The position numbers were made by a program, and so were the translations under genes. A stretch of DNA of 64,000 nucleotides from contig NC_090380.1 of assembly GCF_036365525.1 (NCBI RefSeq), forward strand, positions 72,405,757 through 72,469,756, written 5' to 3'. Below the pieces are notes generated by a model, which searched no databases, was not told the origin of the DNA, and saw only the letters and a program-made list of their open reading frames with translations. The DNA comes from Heterodontus francisci (taxonomy: Eukaryota). Of the stretch, positions 1 to 13,950 are shown in pieces; the stretch's first letter is position 1; each line of letters opens with the position of its first letter.

Positions 1-9
1 TTCATATGG

Positions 10-190
10 GAAATTGTCAAAGACTTTGTGGAAGTTGAAATAAACTATAACATAGGAACTTCCGTTGTCGTATTTTGTTTATAATGTCTTAAATATGTCA
101 ACATCATTTGTCAAGCAAGATGTTCCCCTCCTAAATCCATGCTTATTGTCACTTATTAAACTACTTCTATACAGGTCTTATCCTACCTGT
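10..190 (-). mobile_element. Old CR1 LINE RT fragment
   Basis: The minus strand reads like the CR1 RT 'HGF...' and 'FHKVFD' segments; resembles 47090-47215. Confidence 0.45.
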
Positions 191-1859
191 TCCTTAGTAT
201 ATTTTCCATTATTTAACCCAATATTGATATATGGAATATATAGCACTCTTTTTAAGTACAACTGCTTGTTTATGGGGAGATAGCTTATTAAAATGCTATT
301 AGAAATTGTTCCCCTAAGAGTTATTTCTGCCATCGGTGGGCTTTCTTCCTTTGTGCTCCATCAGAAATGAATTCTTATGCATGTAAAAGCACCAGAAGTC
401 ACATTGATGCTGCATTTTAATTGTTGTGCTGATGCCAGAAGCAGCCCAGACTTTACCAGTAGTGCTGCGATATAAATGAGGCAACTCTAATGTTTCCAGC
501 AAGTAGGAGGTATTTTTTTTCCTTGTACTGCTGATGGTTTGCACAACCTGCCAACACTAACAGTGCCATGGGCTGCTATTTTCTTCTGGTTCCAGTCAAC
601 TTCTCATGGAGGTTATTAACGTGCTTTTTTTTTTGCATTGCTGGTGTGGGGAAAGTACATGACCAGAAAGTCGGCGATCGCTCTTTGCATGCTGTGCATT
701 GTCAGGAGTCAATCTGGAACATTAAAGTCATGAGCCTGGAGTTTCTGCCAGGTTGCACTGTTTTTCCAGCACAATTCATCCAAAATTGGCCAAACCAGCG
801 CAAGAGATCAAATCAAAAGATTTCAGAAATGTAAGCACAAATTCCATCTAGCACTGATCAAGTCTATCTTAAAAAAAGGACTAGAAGCTGGCCCCACCCC
901 AGACTGAATTAATCACCATTGGAAGTTTCTGCTAATTTGTGCCCTTTTGCATGCCTTTGAAGATGCTCTTAAAATTAAACTGGTTCTTTTGCAAGGACAC
1001 CAACTACTGTGCAATATAACTGGTAATTGGTTCAATGTAGTTTTTAAAATTAATTTTCAGTTATTTAAAACGCTGCCCAGCGTGATGGTTCGGCATGCAA
1101 ATGAGTTGGAGCAGAAAATTGAGGGAAAAAAACACTTCTCAAAACTGGCACAATTTTTGTATGTAGTTTTTCTATTACCTTCGGTGCTGTGAATTGTACT
1201 CCAATGTGTAATTGTGATGTAGTGCAAAATATTAGCAGGGTCAACATATTGCAGAACCACTTCTGTGGTATAAATGTAGAGGAAGGACTATCAATGCTGA
1301 CATAGTTACCTTTTATAAATGAGGTCTATAAAGTGACAGATGAACCATTTCCTGTAAATTGCACTCGGTCAGAAGCAGCTGTCCACTGCTTTTGTCTGTA
1401 CAGTTGCAGGCACTGTAGTAATGAGCTTTCTTTGAATAGATCAGTGTCTTGGCTGTCGTACTGTACATAAAAGATCACTTTTCCCACTCAATTTTGCAAA
1501 ATAAAAATTAAAAATGTAGTCACAGAAAATTCTATATAATTTAATAATTTGTCAACTGCCAAACACTGCTCGAGGCAGGCTACATTTCACACAAAATAGC
1601 AAGTATCAAATGTTAGCTGTAGAGCATGTTTTTGTTGTGTTTGTGCAATCAATAATGCATCTATGCCTGAGTGTGCAGCGCGAACACTGCAGTGTCCTGC
1701 CAGCCCCATTATCTGTGATGTGGGTCCTCCAACCCATACTACTACTAACTTTACTTCTTTTCTCAATTTTCTTCTCTCTTCTGTGTGATGATTCCTGCCA
1801 CTGTTTCGATGACACCATCAAGCCTCTGCTACCTTAGTCAAGTGGCAATTCTACATGAA

Positions 1860-2158
1860 AGGGAGTGTCAGGAGACTATTCAACTGCAGGTGGCATCACA
1901 ACTAAGCCCAGTCTTGTCCTTAGCCAATTCCACATAAAAGCACTTTCCAGTATCCAGTAGTCTTTGGCTGGAAATTGGGAGAAAAATTCCTTTGTTTAAA
2001 GAAAATTTCCCTCCTCAGCCTAGGGTCAATGAGGTCATGCTTCCATATCTGAATGGGTTATGATCAACTAACAATTCACAGTGGAGTTAGAACCTGAGAA
2101 CAAAGATCCCTTGACAGCTTAGTCGATTTTCACTGAGCAGCTGAGTCATAGAGACCAG
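1860..2158 (-). mobile_element. Degenerate copy of an old SINE-like family (unnamed)
   Basis: The reverse complement shares 'ctggaaagtgc...aggacaagact gggcttagttgtgatgcc' with the copies at 3650-3850 and 7400-7640. Confidence 0.45.
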
Positions 2159-2927
2159 GATCAGGATTTAGTGAAGCCCACTGAGGCAGGGTTGGAGGTG
2201 GTGGGGTACGGAGTTTCATAACCGGTGGCGGGGAGTGCCCATTGCCTTCCCGTTGCCCAGTGATCTTTCCAGGGCCAAGATAGGCCGATGATGGCCTTCC
2301 TGCCCAGAGGCTAATTGAGGCCCTGAGGTGGCGTATTAAGGGTCTCTTCCCACCGCCACTGGGATTTTACCTGCAATGGAGGGGCCTCTGTTGTGCAGGG
2401 AGAATGCCTTGTAAAATGAGGTGCCCTCCTTGCAGGCAGGTGGGGGATGTTCCTTTCTTTGTGAGCAATTTGTGGCCCATGGAGGACCTCCCACCGGGAA
2501 TAACATTACCCGCCTGGGGCCACCCTCCCCCTAAATTGCACGACCAAACCCCCCACCTCCATCCCCAAACCAGCCCCCCCTCCCCTTGTGGACTGGCCCC
2601 GGCTGTCCTACCTCACCTACCTCTGTTCGGTGGTTCCAGCGCTGGCCCCGGATCTGCAGCCTCTGTAGTACCTACAGTGGCCACTGCACCCAGTGGCACT
2701 GCCGATACTGCTGAGCTGCTGGCCCTCTGATTGGCCAGCAGCTCTTGGAGGCGCGATCCCCATCCCTTTACAGACTTTAAAGGGACAGGGATCCCATCTC
2801 CTGAAACTTTGATTTAAGAAGATCAGAGGATGGCTCCAGGGTGGGGTCACAAAAAGGTAGAAGCGGGATTCCCTCTGCCTTTTCAGCCCGATGCTGGGAT
2901 ACCAGCCTCCAGCATAAAATCCAGCCC
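2159..2927. mobile_element. Non-autonomous PIF/Harbinger-like element, family A
   Basis: Right end AAAATCCAGCCC, degenerate left end, CAG on both flanks (3-bp TSD). Internal motifs are shared with 4734-5431 and 19255-19971 in opposite orientation. Confidence 0.6.
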
Positions 2928-2944
2928 CAGGAAAATTCTAGGTA

Positions 2945-3642
2945 AAGTAATATAAAATAAATGGAGGATACTGAGAGATGTAGAGGCAGTGAGGGACCTT
3001 GGAGCATATGTCCACAGATCCCTGAAGGTAGCAGGACAGCTCAATATTGGTTAGGAAGGCCGAAGCATAGAATATAAGAGTAGGAAGGTTAAGCTGGAAC
3101 TGTATAAAACATTAGTTAGGCCACAACTTTAGTACTGTGTCAGTTCTGATCACCTCATTACAGAAAGCATGTAATTGCTTTTGAGAGGATATAGAGGAGA
3201 TTTACAAGGATGTTGCCAAGACTGGAAAATTGCAGCTAATAGGAAAGATTGGATAGGCTGGGGTTGTCCTCCTTGGAACAGAGGAGGCCGAGGGGAGATT
3301 TGATTGAGATGGGAAGGGCCTATTTACTTTAGCAGAGAGGTCAGTGACCAGGGGGCATTGATTTAAAGTGCTTGGTAGAAGGATTAGAGGGGAGATGAGG
3401 AAAAGTTTTTTCACTCAGAGGGTGGTGGGGGTCTGGAACATACTGCCTGAAAGGATGGTAGAGGCAGAAAACCTCATCTCATTTAATAGGTGCCTGGATG
3501 AGCGCCTGAAGTGCCGTAACCTGCAGGGCTGTGGACCAAATGCTGGAAAGTGGGATGAGGCTGGGTGGCTTTTCTTTGGCCAGTGCAGACACGGGGGGCC
3601 AGGTGGCCTCTTTCTGTGCCATAAAATTTCTATGATTCTACG
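2945..3642 (+). mobile_element. 5'-truncated CR1 LINE 3' part
   Basis: LYKTLVRPQL.YC and 'FFTQRVVGVWN.LP' remnants; CR1-type 3' UTR ending 'ttctatgattctacga'. Confidence 0.85.
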
Positions 3643-3649
3643 ATCCCCG

Positions 3650-3850
3650 TTCTGTGCTGAATCTGATAGAGATTAGCCTCCGTGAGCCTGAGCTATAGAG
3701 GGAATGCCTGGATACCTGATCATCAGCTAGCAACCCCTGCTGGAGGTGCATATGGATCAAAGTCAAGTGAGGACAAGATCAGGCTCAGCTGTGATACCTT
3801 TAAAGTTAACAGCCTGTTGGCTTTCATTGTCAAGTGTCACACATGAAGTA
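3650..3850 (+). mobile_element. Old SINE-like family copy
   Basis: 'acccctgctggaggtgc...gtgaggacaagatcaggctcagctgtgat...tcacacatgaag', similar to 7540-7640 and 1860-1950 (minus). Confidence 0.45.
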
Positions 3851-4477
3851 TAGGAAAGCAACCAGCAGCTTTCTAACTGTCCCAAAAAAGAGTCAAATAC
3901 CTTCATGAGGGGAAACATTAATAGAGAAGAAAGACCTGAAATTTTCTTTGTTTTACAGCTCAGTTTACTGTATTTACCCACAGAAGCATCAAAGGCATGT
4001 CTTCGACTGTATTAGCATCATCTTTTCCAATATTCAGAGCATTCGCACATCAATCAGTGTTAGCAGCCCTGACACACAGGCCACATTTCTCCTCTATCCA
4101 GTCACTTTTTTTTCTTTTTTTAGCTCTTATTCTGACCCTTGGAAGGTTATTCTTGTACTGGTACAACAAAATGTTTAAATCAACATTTCAGTGTTTATCA
4201 GGTGGCAAACAATTGTCCAAATAAATCTTTGCTTAGCACTACAAATTTCTGAATTTTGCATTCTGAGCAGATAGAGTGGAAGCTCAATCTTGCTGTTGAT
4301 AGTGAAAATTGAGTAGCCATTGGAATACAGCAGGAAATCTAATCCTTATGACTAGAATTGAATCACGGGCTTAGTTTTAATTCAAACCCATCTGTCCTTA
4401 AAGGCAGAAGAAGCCTAGATTTTCCAGTTAACATTATTTGAATCCCAACAGTGATCCATTTAAAATAAATGGGCAGT

Positions 4478-4585
4478 CAGTTCTGATGAAGGAAACACAC
4501 CAAAAAGATATTAACCTATCTCTCTACAGATGCTGAGTGCTGTACATTTCGTCATTTTATGTTTTATTTCAAATCTGCAGTTTTT
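4478..4585 (+). mobile_element. Penelope-type terminal fragment, degenerate
   Basis: 'cagttctgatgaagg...tctctacagatgctg...ttttatttcaaat' is the reverse-complement relative of 20235-20348. Confidence 0.5.
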
Positions 4586-4733
4586 CTATTTATTTAAAAT
4601 ATTTCCAATCTGGGGTAGTCTCAACCTCGGTGCCCTTTCAAAGATATAACTTGATCATCCTTCTGTTTTTCTTTTTCTTACTATTGATTTAATAAAAAAT
4701 GTCTGAGCCTGATTGTGAGGGAGCAGAATTAAT

Positions 4734-5431
4734 GGGCTGATTTTGATGGAGTGAGCGGGGTCTCCCGATGCTAGGCCCAAAAAACAAGGGAAACCCCACC
4801 CCAACTCTATTTAACGGCACTCGGGCAATTAACTGCTAGATGCAGTTGGCCCTGTCGCTTTAGGGATAGGGTTCCTGCCTCTGGCTAGAAACTCTGTAGT
4901 ATCAGCAGCATCAAGGGGAGTGATGGCCATTGCTGGTACTACAAGAGGCCTGGGACCAGGATCATCGCTGGAGCCCCGGACCCAAGGTAATTGTGGCAGG
5001 GTTTCCAGGGCCAATCCAGCAGGCCCCAGAGTGGGGAGCAGAGTCATTGAGGACGAGGATGGGGGGATGGGTTGGCCTGTGCTGTCAGGGGCTCTCCATG
5101 GGCCAGAGATTGCCCACGGAGGAGGCAACCCCTGCCACATCCTCAGGGAGGCCACCTTGTTTTTTCTGAGTGACCGCCCTCCACCCCCCCACCCCATCCC
5201 CCCCACATTTCAGAGGCACCCGCCGCTGGTAAAATGCCAGTGGCAGCATAACGAGCTCCTTAAGTGGCCAATCAATAGCCACTTAAGTGCCTCAGTGGGC
5301 TCTGGGTGGGACGTCCGTCTTTGGCCAAAATCACACGGCGATGGGAAGGCAACTGGCATTCCACCCACTGCATACCTTCGTTATTTTGTGGGCTCCCATC
5401 CCATCTCCCAGGAGCCCATAAAATTCTGGCC
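4734..5431. mobile_element. Non-autonomous PIF/Harbinger-like element, family A
   Basis: Ends GGGCTGATTTT and AAAATTCTGGCC, flanked by AAT on both sides (4731-4733, 5432-5434). Confidence 0.65.
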
Positions 5432-6284
5432 AATATGGGGAGTTGAACAGATCTGATCCCTATGGCACCCTAGATATAGGAATACAAGATTAGAAGTAGG
5501 TCATTCTGCTCCTCGAGCCTGTTGAGCCAATCCATTAAATCTTGGCTCAACTCCATTTACCTGCCTTTGATCCATCAGGATGGGATTTTCCAATTGAGGG
5601 GTGGTAGGAGGTTACTACATGTGAAAAATTGTTATGGCAACTGCCACAGCTGCTTTCCTTGGCGAATATGTAAAAATGTATTTCTGAATTTGTCTTTGGG
5701 ATGTACGAGATGTTTAGACAACTGATGTGTTTGTGGGATATCACTGGCAGATTGGGAAAGGACATGTGGGTCTGCAGCAAAGTGCTGAAAAGAGGTCAGG
5801 GTGTCTCCCCATGGTCTGTAGTGGCAAATTGAGAAGATGCTTCTGCAGAACCCATTAAGGAGGTGGCTGCAGCTATGTAAAAATGCAGAACTTTTATTTA
5901 AGGATGCTAATCAACTTCGCTCATACTGTTCTATCATGATAATGATGAAATGACAAAACCAGTTAGTGTGTTGAAACATTTCTTTCTGTTGGGTCAGCAT
6001 GCAGCATTGTAGAGAGGAGGCATGTAGACAACTTACAATTGTATAATTCCGTCTCCCAGTACCTCACGCTATTAACTGTTCCTCATCGATGACCCAGGAC
6101 AGTAAGGCTTTGAAATTAATGTGGAGATGGGAAGGATGCACAGGAGCCCAGTAAAATTGAAGAAGCTGGAAAGGCCAGGACGTGGAGACCTTGCAAATCT
6201 TAGCAGCACAGCTTTATTTATTAAAGATGTCCAGACTCTTGTCCAACACCCAACCCTGAATATGATCGGAAGGGATGGGTGCGG

Positions 6285-6600
6285 GGGAGGAAAAATCCTC
6301 TGGGTGTGATGGCAGTGGAGTGAGAGGGAGGAGGGCTCTGGGCATGATTGCAAAGGAGGGGAAGGAAGGCTCCAGGCATGCTGGAGGGGAGGTGATAGAT
6401 GAAAAGAAGGACACGATTGTGTTAGTTGAGGAGGAGGAAGAAAGCTCTGGGTGTGATTGTGAAGGGGAGGAGGGAGGCTCTGGGCATCATGGAATGGGAT
6501 GGGCAGCATGGTTCTGGGCACGATCATGAGGCGGAGAAGGAGGAGGAAGGCTCTGGGTACAACTGCGATTGATTGGGCTGAAAAGTCTGGGCAGCGTTGG
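6285..6600. repeat. Degenerate purine-rich minisatellite (~30-36 bp unit)
   Basis: The core (G)GCTCTGGG(C/T)(A/G)TGAT recurs, separated by GGAGGA-rich spacers, about 7-8 units. Confidence 0.7.
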
Positions 6601-6834
6601 CTGAAGGCCGGGGTGAGGGAGGACAAAGGCTTCCTTGTCAAGGTTGGGGAGAGCACTCCTGCTTCTCCTGACTTACAAGGAGCTTTATAGCAGGAAAAGT
6701 TATAAAACGTACATGGGCCTCTTCTAGTCAGTCAGCTCTCCCCACCATGTTCCTGCTCCTGGGCAACAGACAGTGCGGACTCTCCATGTGATGAGGTTAA
6801 TTGCTGAACCGGATCATGTCCTCACCTAGCACTC

Positions 6835-7228
6835 ACATGGTGGATGTAAAATGTCGCATGACACGATTAGAAGAAGAGCAGGGATTTCTCCCAGTGCTCT
6901 GGCCAACTTAGTTTCTTCAATCAAAATGCTTAATTCAGTACACATCTCATTTGCTGTTTAGAATCATAGAATAATTTACGACACAGAAAGAGGCCACTTG
7001 GCCCATCGTGTTTGTGCCAGCCGAAAAACATTCCACCCATTCTAATCCTACCTTCCAGCATTTGGTTCGTAGTCCTGCAGATTATGGCACTTGTTTGGAG
7101 AGTCTTGCTGTGTACAAAATTAGCTGCTGTGCTTACACACGTAACAGTGACTGTTACGCTCATTGGATATGAGGTTGGTACATTTTGAGAGAATGATGAA
7201 GCATTACATAAATGAAAGTTCTTTCTTC
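6835..7228 (+). mobile_element. Deu-domain SINE (SacSINE1-like), interrupted by a CR1 3' tail at 6960-7090 (minus)
   Basis: 'ggtggatgtaaaa...gaagaagagcaggg...ctggccaa...cttgctgtgtacaaaattagctgc...aacagtgact...taaatgaaagttctttc'. The insert is flanked by tgttt on both sides. Confidence 0.7.
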
Positions 7229-7284
7229 TCTAGCATAAGGATGTTTACTTACCAATTAAGAGGTGAACTTGGAGAGTGCCCCCT

Positions 7285-7370
7285 CACCTCCCCACCCAAC
7301 ACCACCCCCCCCCACCCCCCCACCGCCCCCCCCCCACCCCCCCCCACCCCCCACTGTCCACACACACACA
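7285..7370. repeat. C-rich tract with (CA)n; G-quadruplex-prone on the minus strand
   Basis: Multiple long C runs. Confidence 0.8.
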
Positions 7371-7399
7371 ACTCAGCTGGTAAAATAATCTACTTGTGT

Positions 7400-7640
7400 G
7401 GAACTGAATTGTCCAGACCAGGAAGGTCTCAAGTATGATCCTTGGCCTGTGCTGAGCTAGGTGATCTCGTATGATAGGATGTTGGAATTAGCCCCAGTGC
7501 CCACTTACAATGGGGTATGTTTCCCAATCCAGTGAGACTAGCTGGAAAGTGAGCAATGGGGTGCAAGGGCATGGCCAGGCTTAGCTGCAGTCAAACAGCA
7601 GGCCAGCATTCATTATCTAAGCTCACACTCGATAAGTGGT
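7400..7640 (+). mobile_element. Old SINE-like family copy
   Basis: 'cagaccaggaaggtctcaagtatgatccttggcctgtgctgagctaggtgatctc' head with a B-box-like remnant; body shared with 3650-3850. Confidence 0.5.
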
Positions 7641-8364
7641 CATGTGAGTGAGGTATACAGAATAGTTGGTACAGGTAAACCCTTTAGCCTCGCATGAAGT
7701 TGATGGGGAGAGGGTGCGGATAGAATAATGGAGAGGAGAAAGAAATCAGGAATTGGGACCACTGGCATAAAGAGTTTGAGGTTGTTTATTACCATCACCT
7801 TTGCAGATACAAAGACGGATTGCACATTTTAGAGCCGTATAAAACTGCTGTTTATCTCCACTTGACTAAATTGATTTGAAAATCCATTGAAATTTGTAAC
7901 CAGCTGGAATGTATACAACAGAATAAATCCTCTGTGGACACTTTACAAGTATTTTGAAATCCAGCTTTTCTAAGCTCATTAAAGCTGTGTTTGGGTTTGA
8001 ACTAGAGTTGGGCCAGCCCAATGTTGTTTCATAGGATGATTTGAAACCTTTTTAATTTATTTGTTATTCAGATTGCTAAATAAATAGGTCAAGGAATCAG
8101 TGCCATTGCCAGTGTATGTAGAGATTAACTGTAATATATGAGAATTTATTTGATATGATCAACCCAATTGGTAGCATTTCACATGGTGATTTGTACAATA
8201 TACCTGATGTGGACAGAAAAAGTTCTGCTGCTCAATTGCCAATTCTAATCTCGCTGTATTGGATGAAGTGTTGAAATACACCAAAATCCAGAGTTAGCTG
8301 GGCATTTCCACTAGCATTACCAAAGTCATTTGAAGAGGCTTTGGCCTTGTATAGGTCCATCTTT

Positions 8365-11300
8365 TAATCCCTCCAATCAGGTTTCTGCCCCTGACACAGT
8401 AACTGAAATGACTGTTATCAAAGTTACAAATGATATCCTATGTGACTGTGATAAACTATCCCTCCTAATCCTTCTCTACCCGTCAGCAGCATTTGCCATC
8501 CTCTTCTGCTGATGATTGTACAGTGTTCACCACCATTCGCAACTCCTCAGATAATGATGCGGTCCATGCCCATGTGTAGCAAGATCTGGACAACATTCAG
8601 CCTTGGTCTGATAAGTAAGTAATATTCGTGCCACACAAGTACCATCTCCAACAAGAGAGAAACTAACCATCTCCCCTTGATGTTCAATGGCATTATCATC
8701 ACTGAATCCCCCATCATCAACATCCTGGCAGGTCACCATTGACCAGAAACTAAACTGGAACAGCCATATAAATACTGTAGCTGCAAGAACAGGTCAGAGG
8801 CTGGGAATTCTTCAGTGAGTAACTTGCCTCCTGACTCCCCAAAGCCTGTTCACTATCTACAAAGCACAAGTGAGGAGTGTGATGGATTACTCTCCACTTG
8901 CCTGGATGAGTGCATCTCCAACAACACTCAAGAACACTCCAGGACAAAGCAGACTGCTTGAGTGGTACCCCATTCACCACCTTAAACATTCACTCCCTCC
9001 GGTGGCAGCAGGGCATACCATCTACAAGAAAAGCACTGCAGAAACTCGTGAGCAAAATTATACCTCATGGAATAAAAGGGACAGCAGCAACATGGATACA
9101 AAATTGGCTGAGTGATAGGAAACAAAGACCAGTGATTAATGGATGTTTTTCAGACTGGAGGAAGGTTTGGGATCCTTGCTTTTCCTGATATATGTTAATG
9201 ACCTAGACCTTGGTTTACAGGGCACAATTTCAAAACTTGCGGATGGTACGAAACGTGGAAGCATTGTGAACTGCGAGGAGGATAGTGCAGAACTTCAAAA
9301 GGACATAGACAAGTTGGTGGAATGCGTGGACAAATGGCAGATGAAGTTCAGTGCAGAGAAGTGTGAGGGGATTCATTTTGGTAGGAAGAACACAGAGAGA
9401 CAATATAAAATAAAGGGGGTGCAAGAGCAGAGGGACCTGGGGGTATATGTGTATGAGTCACTGAAGGTGGCAGGACAGGTTGAGAGAGCAGTTAATAGGC
9501 TTTATTAATAGGGGCATAAAGTACAAGAGCAAGGAGGTTATGTTAAACTTGTATAAAACACTGATTGGGCCTCAACTGTAGTATTGCATCCAGTTCCGGG
9601 CACTGCACTTTAGGAAAGATGTGAAGGTATTGGAGTGGGTGCAGAAAAGATTCGCGAGAATGCTTCCAGGGATAAGGAACTTCAGTTATGAAGATAGATC
9701 GGAGAAGTTGGGACTGTTTTCCTTGGAGAAGAGAAGGCTGAGAGGAGATTTGATGGAGGTATTCAAAATTATGAGGGGTCTGGACAGAGAAGACAGGGGA
9801 AGCTGTTCCCACTTGTGAAAGAATCAAGATTGAGAGGGCACAGATTTAAGGTAATTGATAAAAGAAGCAATGGCGACATGAGGAAAACTTTTTCACACAG
9901 CAAGTGGTTAGGATCTGGAAGGCACTGCCATTGTGGTGGAGGCAGGTTCAATCAAGGCATTCAAAATGGAATTAGATAGTTATTTGAAAAGGAAGAGTGT
10001 GCAGGGTTATGGGGAGAAGGTGGGGAAATGGCACTGAGTGAATTGCTCATTTGGAGAACTAGTGCAGACACAATGGGCTGAATGGCCTCCTTCTGTGCTG
10101 TAGTAGTTCTGTGATTCTGTGAACTCGCCAAGACAGCACCTTCCAAATCCATAATCTCTACCACCGACAAAAAAAACAAGGGTAATTAGGAATGGGCAAT
10201 AAATGCTGGCCTTGCCAGTGGTGCTCACATCCCATGAAAGAACAAAAAAAAACTCTACTCCATCATCCAGCTGGTGGGGCTGCTCTCACCTCTTACCTAT
10301 CCAGTCATAGCCACAGAATCACATGCAGTGGTTTCTCTTCCTCCTCCTGTTCCATTACCTCTGGAGTCCTCGAAGGATTTATTCTTGGTCCCCTCCTATT
10401 TCTCTACCCGTCACCACATCATCCGAAAACACATCAGGTTCTACATGTACCCTGACAACCCCCTGCTCTACCTCACCACCGCATCTCCCAATTCCTCCAC
10501 TATATCTGATGTGGCAGACTGCTTGTCTGATCTACGATAGCGGATGAGCAGAAATTCCATTCAGCTAAATATAGGGAGGACTGAATCTATTGCCTTTGGT
10601 CCCTGCCACACAGTCCATTCCCTGGTAACTCACTCCATCCCTCTGCCTGGCAACTATCTGAGAACGAACCAGACCATTTGCAACCTTGGTGACATATTTT
10701 TGTAACATTGCTTGGTTCTGCTCTTGCTTGAGTTTATTTGCTGAAACCCTCATCCGTGCCTTTGGTACCTCTACACTTGATTCCAATGCACTCCTGGCTG
10801 GCCTTCCATCTTCTACCCTACATAAACTTGAGGTCATCCAAAACTTTGTTTGTATCCTAATTTGTACCAAGTCATGTTCACCCACCACCCCTGTGCCAGC
10901 TGATCTATGTTGGCTCCTGAACTGACGAGGCCTCAATTTTAAAATTCCCATCCTTGTTTTCAAATCCCTCCACAGCTTTGAATCTCCCTATCTATATAAC
11001 CTCCTCTAGCCCTATAACCCTTGAGATCTCTGTGCTCCTCCAATTCTGGACTCCTGTGGATCCTCGATTTTAATGGCTCCACCATTGGCAGCTGTGCCCT
11101 CAGCTGCCTCGGCTGTAATCTCTGGTATGTGCTATGCGCAAAAAGCAGCACAAATCCAACCTGGTCAATTACCACCCTATCAGTCTACTCCCAATCATCA
11201 GCAAAGTGATGGAAGAGGTTGTCAGCAGTGCTATCAAGCGGCACTTGCTCAGCAATAACCTGCTCACTGATGTTCAGTTTGGGTTCCACCAGGGCCACTC

Positions 11301-12280
11301 AGTTCCTGACCTCATTACAGCCTTGGTCCAAACATGGACAAAACAGCTGAACTCCAGAGGTGAGGTGAGAGTGACTGCACTTGACGTCAAGGCAGCATTT
11401 GACTGAGTATGGCATCAAGGAGCCCTGGCAAAACTGGAGTCAATGGGAATCAAGGGGAAAACTCTTCGCTGGTTGGAGTCATACCTAGCATAAAGGAAGA
11501 TGGTTGTGTTGTTAGAGGTCAATTATCTAATTGCCAGGACATGACTGCAGGAGTTCCTCAGGGTAGTGTCCTAGGCCCAACCATCTTCAACTGCTTCATC
11601 AATGACCTTCCTTCCATCATAAGGTCAAAAGTGGGGATGTTGGCTGATGATTGCATAATGTTCAGCATCATTCGCGACTTCTCAGACACTGAAGCAGCCC
11701 ATGTCCATGTGCAGCAAGACCGAGAAAACATCCAGGCGTAGGCTGATAAGAGGCAAGTAACATCCATGTCACACAAGTGCCAGGCAATGACCATCTCAAG
11801 CAAGAGAGAATCTAACGATCTCCCCTTGATGTTCAATGGTATTACCATCACTGAATCCCCCACTATCAACATCCTAAGGGTCACCGTTGACCAGAAACTG
11901 AACTGAACCAGCCACATATATGCCTTGGCTACAAGAGCAGGTCAGAGGCTAGGAATTCTGCGGTGACTAGCTGTCTCCACAATGCTTGTCCACCATCTAC
12001 AAGGCACAAGTTAGAAGGAATACTCTCCACTTGCCTGGATACGTGCAGTTCTAACAACACACAAGAAGCTCGACACCATCCAGGACAAAGCAGCTTGCCT
12101 GATTGGCACCCCATCCACCACCTTCACTCACTCCCTCCACCATAATCGCACAGTGGCAGCAATGTGTACCATCTACAAGGCACAGGTACCAAATTTTGTT
12201 TGATAATGCTCCTGTCAAGTGCCTTGGGATGTTTTACTACATTAAAGGCACTACATAAATGCAACTTGTTGGTTGTTGTT
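8365..12280 (+). mobile_element. Nested LINE cluster: L2 host (8365-8500, 10257-11125, 12190-12280) containing LINE family B copies (8500-10255, 11135-12185), one of which contains a CR1 (9043-10120)
   Basis: L2-type segments (TE..IKVTNDIL, LGPLLF, LDSNALLAGLP, tail 'gccttgggatgttttactacattaaaggcactacataaatgcaa'). Family B RT (ALDVKAAFD, GVPQGSVLGP, MLADD). CR1 RT (QKDIDKL..W.KWQM.F, RRLRGDL). Confidence 0.85.
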
Positions 12281-13950
12281 ATTATCATTATTATTATTAG
12301 AGTTGTAGTGCAACACTATCTGTGTAGCCATGTCTTTTTTCAAACCAATTCAGAGGCACAGATAGAGATATACAATATGACCCCCATTCAGCAAGATCAA
12401 AGCTCATTTGTAGTTTCAAGGCTATAAAGCACACAGTGAATCCATTTCCATTATCATAGTGGGTGCAGAAGCACCATTTTATCTTTTAAGCTTGTTATTA
12501 GCAGCATCAACCAACTAGAGGAATAGAAGGTAATGGCCAAGGATACTGCTTTCACTGCTGCACTCTTGGTTTCTCTCTCACAAACATTGGCTTGATTCTT
12601 TCTGGGCTCTCAGTAACTCACTGGGAAATTGTGCATTTTATTCACTTATTAAAATCATGCTGTCAAAAGTATTCTTGCTATTGGCTGTTTTCAGTGGAGC
12701 ATTCTGAATACCAATTTCATTAAGGGAAAAGGATCCATCTCCTTCACAATTATAGGGCAAACATTTAAAATGAGGTGCAGTAATGCATTGTGCCTGGTGC
12801 AGGTGTCACAGACTAAGGGATCCTGGACCTGACATTCATGCTTGGGAATCCTCCAAGGCATGAAGTTTCTGCACTTCCAGGTATACTGTTTGGGCAGAAA
12901 CAGCACAATTATGATGAGAGCTTTTCTGCTTCAGGTAGTGTGAATTTACCTCTCCTGGGATATAACATAGGTTTGTCAAGGATCCAACATCCATTACCAT
13001 AAACATTAAAAATACTATCAGTTCTTTGTTAAATGCATGAGGAAAAATGTACATCCTTGATTTAAAATTTATACCTTTTCCAAATAACAACTTAGGTTAA
13101 TTAACCTTTCGATCATTGAATGATGTTTCCAGTATCAAAATGCTATAATTGTGTGTGAATCTGAACGCTTTTCAAACTATTGGCTCTCATATTGGAAATG
13201 GCGATGCATGGTTTTATCTCACAGCTTCCCCCTGCACTTAAGCAGTTCCAGTGATCAGCCTTGTAATTGACAGTAAATTATTTCTCTCTTGCTGGTCTGA
13301 TGCAAACACATACAAACACCCTCGGGCTTGGGAAACAGGCACAAACCACAACTCCCAGAAAACCAGTTCCAAGTAAAAGATTCATGAAGAGACTAATCCT
13401 TAAAAATGGTGCTTAGAATTTAAAGGTTTGGTAGATTCCCACCCCACCTTCACCCATTCCAGACAATGCTGTGTGTTTGCAGAAATGTAAAATCTTTTTC
13501 AGACCATAGCAAACGATACTTAATTATTAACTGAATTGGCAGCTTCTGAACTGGAAGGTTTTCCAAAGATTTGTAAATTTTATTTAGAGCTTGAGCTGAT
13601 TTGCAGCTCTGGATCGCAGGATTCTTCAATTTTTGCATGATTATTTTAACAAGAGGAAGCATTGATCCTTCAAGCACTGAGTCCTCTGAAGTAAGAATGC
13701 CCCAGTTTATTTCGGAGAAGTCCTCCTGTGAGTTCTCAGCCATGTAGACTCTTGAACATTCAAAGTGATACTTGAGAATTTGGGACAAGGGTTTCAAACA
13801 CTTGTAAATTTAAAGCTACCAAGAAGCTCTGTTATCTACAGTTTGATAAACAGGGTTTAACAGGAACATGTTAGAACAAACACAAAAACAGAAATAAGAT
13901 ACAGACCAATTTTGTATCGCTGGAATAAAAGTAAGATTTTGCCATGTCAT

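Noticed and set aside
300-1160. Possible ancient DNA-transposon relic with an octamer motif (ATGCAAAT ~1095)
   Set aside because: Ends and TSD are not resolvable, and a single motif is not evidence.
1784-1860. C/D box snoRNA (GTGATGA)
   Set aside because: No CTGA D box or terminal stem at a suitable distance.
6072-6656. 194-aa Pro/Ser-rich protein
   Set aside because: It is the translation of a minisatellite.
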